Shown here: positions 27,516-33,867 of the stretch, piece after piece
How the letters are laid out: every line of letters begins with the position of its first letter
How positions within the stretch are numbered: the first letter of the stretch is position 1
Assembly (NCBI GenBank): GCA_009377735.1
Contig: WHTL01000002.1
Span: forward strand, 1-33,867
Direction: 5' to 3'
Origin: Acidimicrobiia bacterium
GTDB taxonomy: Bacteria; Actinomycetota; Acidimicrobiia; Spongiisociales; ZC4RG35
DNA length: 33,867 nt
The notes under the pieces: generated by a model
What the model saw: the letters and a program-made list of their open reading frames with translations, nothing else
Database searches by the model: none
Told to the model about the DNA's origin: nothing
Position numbers and translations under genes: made by a program

Positions 27516-28166
27516 TTACACCTCGATGCGGCGGAAGGCTCTGCGGCCGTTGTCTAGGGAGAGCACCGCGGCTTCCCAGCCCTCGGAGTCTCGGCCCTCT
27601 ATTTCTCGGAAGGATTCGGCTCCCAGGGTTGTCGCCTCCTCCAGGGTCAGATTCTCTCTCCATCCTTCTCGGAGTTGGGTGGTGAGGTCGTCGGCCTTTC
27701 CGCCTATCGCCACCAGATCGGTCTCGGCGTATACGGTGCCGTCGTAGCTGACCTTGAACAAGGCACGATCTCCTGGCGCCGGCCCTACCTCGGCAAGGAG
27801 GATCTCGACCTCGTACGGTTTGGGCTCGTGACTGAAAACCGCCCCAAGTGTCTGGGAAAAGGCGGCTGCCAGCCCGCGGGCGTTGACGTCATTGCGGCTG
27901 TACATGTAACCGGTGATGTCCGCCTGTCGGATTCCCGCCTTGCGCAGGGTTTCGAACTCATTGAATCGCCCGGCCCCGGCGAATGCGATGCGGTCATACA
28001 CCTCGGATATCTTTCGCAATGTGGTCGATGGGTTCTCGGCGAGGATGAGAATTCCCTCGTCGTAGGACAGAGCCACGATCGATCGCCCCCGGGCAATCCC
28101 CTTACGGGCATACTCGGCCTTGTCCCGAACTAGTTGTTCGGGAGGTACATAGAACGGAATCGTCAT
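27516..28166 (-). CDS. prcA: 20S proteasome alpha subunit
   Basis: MTIPFYVPPEQLVRDKAEYARKGIARGRS is a typical bacterial PrcA N-terminus. ATGA overlap with prcB. Confidence 0.93.
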   Translation of the reverse strand: MTIPFYVPPEQLVRDKAEYARKGIARGRSIVALSYDEGILILAENPSTTLRKISEVYDRIAFAGAGRFNEFETLRKAGIRQADITGYMYSRNDVNARGLAAAFSQTLGAVFSHEPKPYEVEILLAEVGPAPGDRALFKVSYDGTVYAETDLVAIGGKADDLTTQLREGWRENLTLEEATTLGAESFREIEGRDSEGWEAAVLSLDNGRRAFRRIEV

Positions 28167-28939
28167 CGGATGGTCTCCAGGGCTTCGCTGGCGATGGGTT
28201 GGAGAACCGTGTCCTCGATCTCGGTAGTGCCGTCGGCGTCGATCTTGAGCACATTGGGGAAGATCTCACGTCGCAGATCCGGGCCGCCGGTTGCGGTGTC
28301 CTCCTGCGCCGCCGAAACGAGGGCACGCACAGCCAGACTCACGGCTTCATTCTCCGGTGGGATGGCGGTGTAGGAAGCCCGCAAATACGCCTTGGCAAGA
28401 CTCGCCCCAGAGCCGGTGGTGCCGTACTCTTGCTCTTCGTAGCGACCACCGACGACATCGAAGGTATAAAGTCGCCCGATATCGTCGAGATGGTCATAAC
28501 CGGCGAAGAGGGGGACCACCACCAGACCCTGCATGGCCATCGGGAGCTGGTTGCGCACCATCCTGGAGAGATAATTTGCCTTACCGTCGAGGGTCAGGGC
28601 GCGACCTTCGATCTTCTCGAAGTGCTCCAGCTCTGTCTGGAAAAGACGCACCATCTCCAAGGCCAGACCTGCAGTCCCAGCCACCGCCATCGCCGACCAC
28701 TCGTCGGTGGCGAACACCTTGCGAATATTCCGGTGGGCAACGAGTGAGCCCGCGGTGGCGCGCCGATCGCCGGCAATGACCACGCCGCTGTCGAACCGCA
28801 TCGCTAAAACGGTCGTGCCCTCGGGAACCGTTGGCACCTTCTCACCGGGTACCAACTCGGTGCCCGGGGTGATACCCATTTCGTGGAGGAGTTCGGTGAA
28901 GCCCCTCGTCCCCCCTTCCATGGGGAGGGGACCCCTCAT
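28163..28939 (-). CDS. prcB: 20S proteasome beta subunit (with propeptide)
   Basis: A propeptide followed by EG-TTVLAMRFDSGVVIAGDRRAT (catalytic Thr after the processing site). ATGA overlap with pup. Confidence 0.93.
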   Translation of the reverse strand: MRGPLPMEGGTRGFTELLHEMGITPGTELVPGEKVPTVPEGTTVLAMRFDSGVVIAGDRRATAGSLVAHRNIRKVFATDEWSAMAVAGTAGLALEMVRLFQTELEHFEKIEGRALTLDGKANYLSRMVRNQLPMAMQGLVVVPLFAGYDHLDDIGRLYTFDVVGGRYEEQEYGTTGSGASLAKAYLRASYTAIPPENEAVSLAVRALVSAAQEDTATGGPDLRREIFPNVLKIDADGTTEIEDTVLQPIASEALETIR

Positions 28940-29124
28940 TCCCCGCCCTTCTGGACATAGTTCTTGACGAACTCCTCGGCGTTCTCCTCGAGGACGTCGT
29001 CGATCTCGTCCATGAGGTCGTCGAGGTCGTCGGCGTCCGTCAGGTCCTCGGTAACCTCGTCTTTTGTCTGTTCCTCTTCTGGTTGCTCGCCACTACGGCG
29101 AGATGGTCTTTGTCGATCTGTCAT
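28936..29124 (-). CDS. pup: prokaryotic ubiquitin-like protein Pup (C-terminal GGE)
   Basis: 62 aa, acidic and disorder-like, with DDLDDLMDEIDDVLEENAEEFVKNYVQKGGE. It lies between dop and prcB. Confidence 0.93.
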   Translation of the reverse strand: MTDRQRPSRRSGEQPEEEQTKDEVTEDLTDADDLDDLMDEIDDVLEENAEEFVKNYVQKGGE

Positions 29125-30596
29125 CCGCTGCCTCCGAGTGCTTCGAGTAACGCAGCCGCATCCTCGGCTTCGTCGAGAAGTCGCTCCGTTTTGTTTCTGT
29201 TACCACGTAGGGGGTCCATCATAGGAACCCGTTTGAGGTGCTTCTCACCGGTGTCGAAGACGAGGGCATCCCAGTTCGCTGCCGCCACCGCATCGGGGAA
29301 ACGACGCACGGTCTCCCCCCGGAAGTACGCCCGTGTCCGATCTGGTGGGGTCAGTGTTGCCTCCTCCACTTCTTCGTCGGTGAACAATCTTCTGATCCGG
29401 CCCCTGTCGACGAGTCGCCGGTGGAGGCTTCTCTCGGGGTCGACGTCGTGATACTGCAGGTCGACACTACGCAGCCGGGCACTCTGAGGGTCGAGCCCAT
29501 GGCGGTCGGTCATTGCTCGGAGCAGGGTTCTCTTGGCCACCCAGTCGAGGCGGTCTGCGGCGCGATCGGCATCGACCTCAAGATCAGTGAGTACTGCTCC
29601 CCACTCGTCGAGGACGGGACGCCACTCATCGGCGTCCTCGAGACCCTCGGCATACGATGAGAGCCATTCGTGATACTTCATCTGAATCTCGACGGAGGTG
29701 GCTGAGCCCTCGTCGAGCAGTTTCACGGGTTCAGTGAGGTCGGTGTCGTGGGAGATGCGCCAACACGCCTCGACAGGGTCGGCAAGGTCGAGTGGCCGGG
29801 GGATCGCCCCATCCTCCATTGCAGCCAGGAACAGGGCGGTGACGCCGAGCTTGAGGTATATCTGAACGTCGGAAAGGTTGGCGTCGCCAATGATCACGTG
29901 CAGGCGACGATATCGACTGGGTTCACCGTGGGGCTCGTCCCTGGTATTGACGATGGGCCGCTTAAGGGTTGTTTCCAAACCGACCTCCTCCTCGAAGAAG
30001 TCGGCACGTTGGGTTATCTGGTAGTCGACGTCGGGTCGGCCGTTCTCGCTTCCAACCTTTCCCGATCCAGTGAATATCTGCCGCGTTACGAAGAACGGCA
30101 CGCAATATCGGATGATGGTGCCGAATGGAGTCTGACGGTCTAGCAGGTAGTTCTCGTGGGATCCGTAGGAGTTTCCCTTACCGTCGCTGTTGTTCTTGTA
30201 GAGGGCGAGACGATGGCCGGTTCGCTCGGTGGCGGCAACCGCTGCCCGATGGGCGACCACTACCCCCGCTTGATCGTGGAGGGTCGCTTCCAAGGGGTCG
30301 TAGCACTCTGGTGTCGAATACTCGGGGTGGGCATGATCGACATAGAGACGGGCTCCGTTAACCAGGACTGCGTTGACCAGGGCCCGTTGCGGATCAGAAA
30401 CACCAAAACTCTCGTGGCCCTGACTGCGGGCATCTCGCTCTGGAGTCTCCTCGTCGTGTGACCACTGGACACGCACCCCGGGCACCGGCGAGGAGTTGAC
30501 CACGGCGGCAGACGCCAACGCCGGGTTGAAGTCGGGATCGGTCATCGCCGCGATCCCGAACTCGGTCTCGGTGCCGAGAACCTTGCGGATGGCCAT
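29121..30596 (-). CDS. dop: Pup deamidase/depupylase Dop
   Basis: VLGTETEFGI, NGARLYVDHAHPEYSTPEC and SYGSHENYL motifs, and an internal insert relative to PafA. 491 aa. It lies directly upstream of pup. Confidence 0.92.
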   Translation of the reverse strand: MAIRKVLGTETEFGIAAMTDPDFNPALASAAVVNSSPVPGVRVQWSHDEETPERDARSQGHESFGVSDPQRALVNAVLVNGARLYVDHAHPEYSTPECYDPLEATLHDQAGVVVAHRAAVAATERTGHRLALYKNNSDGKGNSYGSHENYLLDRQTPFGTIIRYCVPFFVTRQIFTGSGKVGSENGRPDVDYQITQRADFFEEEVGLETTLKRPIVNTRDEPHGEPSRYRRLHVIIGDANLSDVQIYLKLGVTALFLAAMEDGAIPRPLDLADPVEACWRISHDTDLTEPVKLLDEGSATSVEIQMKYHEWLSSYAEGLEDADEWRPVLDEWGAVLTDLEVDADRAADRLDWVAKRTLLRAMTDRHGLDPQSARLRSVDLQYHDVDPERSLHRRLVDRGRIRRLFTDEEVEEATLTPPDRTRAYFRGETVRRFPDAVAAANWDALVFDTGEKHLKRVPMMDPLRGNRNKTERLLDEAEDAAALLEALGGSG

Positions 30597-32305
30597 CAGA
30601 GATATTGCCCGGTGGACACCTGCTCGATCATACGGCCCTCGCTCTCCTCACCATCGACCAGCGTACGCACATAGGTGATCCGCTCACCCTTCTTACCGGA
30701 GATCTTGGCCCAGTCATCGGGGTTGGTCGTGTTGGGAAGATCTTCGTGCTCGCGGAACTCCTGGGCGATGGCCGTCAACAGGTCATCTACCCGGAGGCCA
30801 GCCGTACCGGTTGCAATCTGTCGTTTGATGGCGTCTTTCTTAGCACGGCGAACGATATTCTCGATCATCGCACCAGACGAGAAGTCCTTGAAGTACATCA
30901 CCTCCCGGTCCCCGTTGGCGTAGGTCACCTCGAGGAAGCGATTAGCGTCCTTCTCGGAGTACATGGTCTCGACGACCTTGTCGATCGTGTCGGCTAGATA
31001 TGTCGAGACCTCTCCCCCGTGACGTTGGACCTCGTCGGTGTCAAGTGGAACCGAATCGGTGAGATAGATTCCGAATATCTGACGGGCGGCGCCCGGGTCT
31101 GGACGATCGATGCGGATCTTCACATCCAGTCGACCCGGTCGCAGAATGGCAGGATCAATGAGGTCTTCGCGATTGGAGGCGCCAATGACGACCACGTTTC
31201 TGAGTGCCTCCACCCCGTCGAGCTCCGATAGGAGCTGGGGTACGATCGTCGACTCGACGTCGGAACTTATTCCCGTGCCCCGGGTCCGGAACAACGAGTC
31301 CATTTCGTCGAAGAAGACGATTACGGGAACACCCTCATCCGATTTTTCCTTGGCGCGCTGGAAGATCTGTCGAATCTGGCGCTCGGTCTCCCCTACCCAC
31401 TTGTTGAGAAGCTCCGGGCCCTTGATGTTGAGAAAATAGGAACGGGCATCAGGTCGACCCTCTCGCTCGGCGACCTTTTGGGCGAGGCTGTTGGCCACGG
31501 CCTTTGCGATCAGCGTCTTGCCGCAACCCGGGGGGCCGTAGAGGAGTATGCCCTTGGGTGGATCGAGCTGATAGTCATTGAAGAGATCCCGGTGCACGTA
31601 TGGAAGTTCAACGGTGTCTCGGATCTGATCGATCTGTTCCTTGAGGCCACCCACGTGCTCGTAGGTGATATCGGGGACCTCTTCGAGGACGAGTTCCTCC
31701 ACCTCGGGACGCGAGAGCCGCTCGAGGACAAGCCCGCTCACCGTATCGACCCTGACATGGTCACCTACCCTGATGGGATCGGGAAAGGAGGATTCGCCGA
31801 CATGGACCACCGTCTCCTCGTCAGCGTTAGCGAGGACCACGAGACGACCGTCACCAAGCATGTCACGCACTCTGACCACCTCACCGGTGGGTTCGAAATG
31901 GGCGACGTCGATGATCGTCGACGAGTCACTCAGCAGAACCTGCTGACCCTTGAGCAGTTGTTTGACCTCGATAGATGGTTGCGCGTCGACCCTCATCTTC
32001 CGGTTGTTGGAGGACACGTCCACGGTTCCGTCCGAATTCACTTCCAGCACCGTCGCGAAGGCTTGAGGGGGCGCAGTGAGTTTGTCGATCTCGGAACGGA
32101 GCACACCCAACTGTTCCCGCGCTTCTTGGAGAACCGTCGCGAGTTTGCGGTTCTGCTCCTCGGACCGTTCTAGCTTTCTATGGAGTGTTTCGAGCTCACC
32201 AGACGTCTCCGGCGAGGCACCACCGAGTCTGCGACGCAGGTTCGCCACTTCGTTCTGCAGCGCCTCAATCCGGCGCCGGAGTGCATCCTCATTTTCGGTC
32301 GGCAC
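30596..32305 (-). CDS. mpa: proteasome-associated AAA ATPase Mpa/ARC
   Basis: N-terminal coiled coil, OB domains, AAA module GPPGCGKTL and VIVFFDEMD, and a C-terminal proteasome-docking GQYL. GTG start at 32305 with GGAGG 5 nt upstream. Its stop and the dop ATG share one base (TGATG). Confidence 0.93.
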   Translation of the reverse strand: MPTENEDALRRRIEALQNEVANLRRRLGGASPETSGELETLHRKLERSEEQNRKLATVLQEAREQLGVLRSEIDKLTAPPQAFATVLEVNSDGTVDVSSNNRKMRVDAQPSIEVKQLLKGQQVLLSDSSTIIDVAHFEPTGEVVRVRDMLGDGRLVVLANADEETVVHVGESSFPDPIRVGDHVRVDTVSGLVLERLSRPEVEELVLEEVPDITYEHVGGLKEQIDQIRDTVELPYVHRDLFNDYQLDPPKGILLYGPPGCGKTLIAKAVANSLAQKVAEREGRPDARSYFLNIKGPELLNKWVGETERQIRQIFQRAKEKSDEGVPVIVFFDEMDSLFRTRGTGISSDVESTIVPQLLSELDGVEALRNVVVIGASNREDLIDPAILRPGRLDVKIRIDRPDPGAARQIFGIYLTDSVPLDTDEVQRHGGEVSTYLADTIDKVVETMYSEKDANRFLEVTYANGDREVMYFKDFSSGAMIENIVRRAKKDAIKRQIATGTAGLRVDDLLTAIAQEFREHEDLPNTTNPDDWAKISGKKGERITYVRTLVDGEESEGRMIEQVSTGQYL

Positions 32306-32436
32306 CTAGACCTCCGATCGGATCGCTTAAATGCGACTATATCTCCACCTTACGAGAAGCTGTCGGCTTACCGATTATCATTGGCCGGGCACTACCCTAA
32401 AACCAAGCCCACCAACCCCAGGGAGGGGCATCACCT

Positions 32437-32682
32437 ATGAAGGTTTGGATCGATCAGGACCTCTGTACCGGCGACGGTCTCTGCGAGGAGATCGCTCCCG
32501 ATGTGTTCGTACTGCTCGATGACGGTCTCGCCTACGTGCGAGACGGTGAGACGATCTATGCCGCCGAGAAGGGCAACGCCGAGGGTGGCGATGGCGTAGC
32601 CACCGTACCGAGCGGTCAAGAGGACATCACCATCGAGTCCGCCGAGGAATGCCCCGGGGAGTGCATCTTCCTCGAACCGTAA
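32437..32682 (+). CDS. small single-cluster ferredoxin (CxxDxxC...CP type)
   Basis: MKVWIDQDLCTGDGLCEEIAPDVF...AEECPGECI. GGGAGGGG lies upstream of the ATG. It is divergent from mpa. Confidence 0.85.
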   Translation: MKVWIDQDLCTGDGLCEEIAPDVFVLLDDGLAYVRDGETIYAAEKGNAEGGDGVATVPSGQEDITIESAEECPGECIFLEP

Positions 32683-32704
32683 TCTCTGGGGGACTCTCAT
32701 CTCT

Positions 32705-32731
32705 GGGGGACCCCGGCGAGTTCAGTCCCCC
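32705..32731 (+). terminator. hairpin after the ferredoxin gene
   Basis: GGGGGAC-cccggcgagttca-GTCCCCC (7-bp stem) lies 22 nt after the TAA stop. A second hairpin, GGTCGG-gccgt-CCGACC, lies near 32762-32778 in the convergent gap with trmI. There is no U tract. Confidence 0.4.
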
Positions 32732-32927
32732 CCACGGCTGCCTCGGCTTCATTTGTCGCGTGGTCGGGCCGTCCGACCTTAACTCCGCGACCCGGTGCCT
32801 GTCTGCCGAGTCGGAGTGATCGTCCGGTTCGATGTGCTTTCGACTTAGGGCCTTACGTGGCCTCGTGATTCTCAAGTGGACCGCTCACCACGACCACGGC
32901 TTCCCGCCCCCCGACAAGGCAGCCGGT

Positions 32928-33749
32928 TTAGAGGGATCCTTCGACTTTGCGGGCGAACACGAGAAAGCCTGTGTGGCCAACCATTGTATGAGCTGGCCTG
33001 ACCGAGCGACCATCGATGTTCCAGTCGCGCATTAGGAACTCCTTGACCTCGATCTCCTCATAGACCCCGGTCTCTCTCATTCCCTCCACAAGCCGCTCCA
33101 CCTGGGGAACTGTAGGGAGATAACCGCAGAAGACACCGCCTGTCGGCTGATGCTCGGCCCCTTCCTTTAGGGCGTGCCACGGTTCTGGTAAGTCGAGGAC
33201 GATCCGCGATGGACATACCTCGGCGATGACGTCCTCCACCCGTGCGGTGCGCAACTCAACGTTCCCCGGTACGTCGCCTCGATACCAGCGTCTGATCATG
33301 CGGGCGGCATGACGGGCGTGATCATCGCGCTGCTCCACCGAGATGAGACGTCCGGTGGGGCCAACGGCCCGCGCCAGCATCATGGCCAGCGCCCCTGACC
33401 CTGTTCCCGCCTCGACCACCGTCATCCCAGGCCCTATATCGGCATACACCAGTATGGGCCCGATGTCCTTGGGGTAGACGATCTGGGCGCCTCGCTTCAT
33501 CTTCATGATGAAATCGGTCAGTCGGGGACGGAGGATGAGAAGACGTCCGTCGCCGCTGGTGGTCACCCTCTCACCCTCGTTGCGGCCGATTATCTCGCTG
33601 TGGGGTAGCTCGCCCCTGTGATATGTGAAGGAACGCGACTCATCCAGTCGGACCAGGAAATGTTTACCCCTGTCATCGGCAAGAATGACCGTTTCATCCA
33701 CACCAATGGGAAGCGGGTCACCAGCCCTCCTCGGGGCGTCGTTGCTCAA
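32928..33749 (-). CDS. trmI: tRNA (adenine58-N1)-methyltransferase TrmI
   Basis: IVYPKDIGPILVYADIGPGMTVVEAGTGSGALAMMLARAVGP (SAM-binding motif) and a position next to mpa, as for Rv2118c. The tracked start is TTG. Confidence 0.9.
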   Translation of the reverse strand: MSNDAPRRAGDPLPIGVDETVILADDRGKHFLVRLDESRSFTYHRGELPHSEIIGRNEGERVTTSGDGRLLILRPRLTDFIMKMKRGAQIVYPKDIGPILVYADIGPGMTVVEAGTGSGALAMMLARAVGPTGRLISVEQRDDHARHAARMIRRWYRGDVPGNVELRTARVEDVIAEVCPSRIVLDLPEPWHALKEGAEHQPTGGVFCGYLPTVPQVERLVEGMRETGVYEEIEVKEFLMRDWNIDGRSVRPAHTMVGHTGFLVFARKVEGSL

Positions 33750-33841
33750 AGGATACTCATGATGGCTCCGGCGGCAAGGGAGAGCACCAGTGCAATCACC
33801 ATTACCCAGATCACTACCTTGACGACCTTATCCTGTCTCAT
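33746..33841 (-). CDS. candidate 31-aa hydrophobic peptide
   Basis: ATG at 33841. The product is MRQDKVVKVVIWVMVIALVLSLAAGAIMSIL (one TM helix). Its TGA overlaps the trmI TTG start (TTGA). There is no clear Shine-Dalgarno sequence, and it is below the length cutoff of the ORF track. Confidence 0.2.
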   Translation of the reverse strand: MRQDKVVKVVIWVMVIALVLSLAAGAIMSIL

Positions 33842-33867
33842 TGTTGAATCGCTACCGTTGTTGGGAA

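Noticed and set aside
32431-32700. 89-aa ORF (-) overlapping the ferredoxin gene
   Set aside because: It lies exactly antisense to a CDS with clear ferredoxin cysteine motifs and a strong Shine-Dalgarno sequence. It has no motif or ribosome-binding site of its own.

Overview
This is a high-GC actinobacterial (Actinomycetota-type) chromosomal window. It is densely packed, and almost all genes are on the minus strand. It is core genome built from two well-known syntenic blocks. Block 1 (276-17998): CDP-alcohol phosphatidyltransferase, gcvH, a GarA-like FHA protein, a MerR regulator, tRNA-Pro(GGG), a VOC protein, der, ispH, cmk, aroA, a pseudouridine synthase, scpB, scpA, an HD protein, a DksA/TraR protein, Nudix, pyrG, an enoyl-CoA hydratase, recN, nadK, a second Nudix and DUF4193. 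Block 2 (18534-33749): a lipid kinase, helY, tatC, tatA/B, pafC, pafB, pafA, prcA, prcB, pup, dop and mpa (a complete Pup-proteasome system), then a divergent small ferredoxin and trmI. I do not see a convincing new multi-gene system. The window looks like housekeeping DNA, and the genuinely unexplained signals are mostly non-coding. They are: (a) two copies, 18 kb apart, of an element bounded by the 16-bp inverted repeat CTAGTGTCCTGTCCGG, one 165 bp and one 62 bp, with the long copy folding into a nested hairpin whose G-U pairs only work on the plus strand; (b) a 3 x 70-bp tandem repeat between cmk and aroA, and a separate 2-copy repeat of about 70-72 bp period downstream of der; (c) a 24-bp perfect palindrome after aroA; (d) a hairpin-bracketed gene for a secreted SLH-like surface protein between prcA and pafA; (e) a GarA-like FHA protein with an N-terminal zinc ribbon; (f) a Pup ending in GGE within an mpa-dop-pup-prcB-prcA operon coupled by 1-4 nt overlaps; (g) a few small candidate ORFs. 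All product calls come from motifs I recognise by eye in the supplied translations and from gene order. No database search was run.
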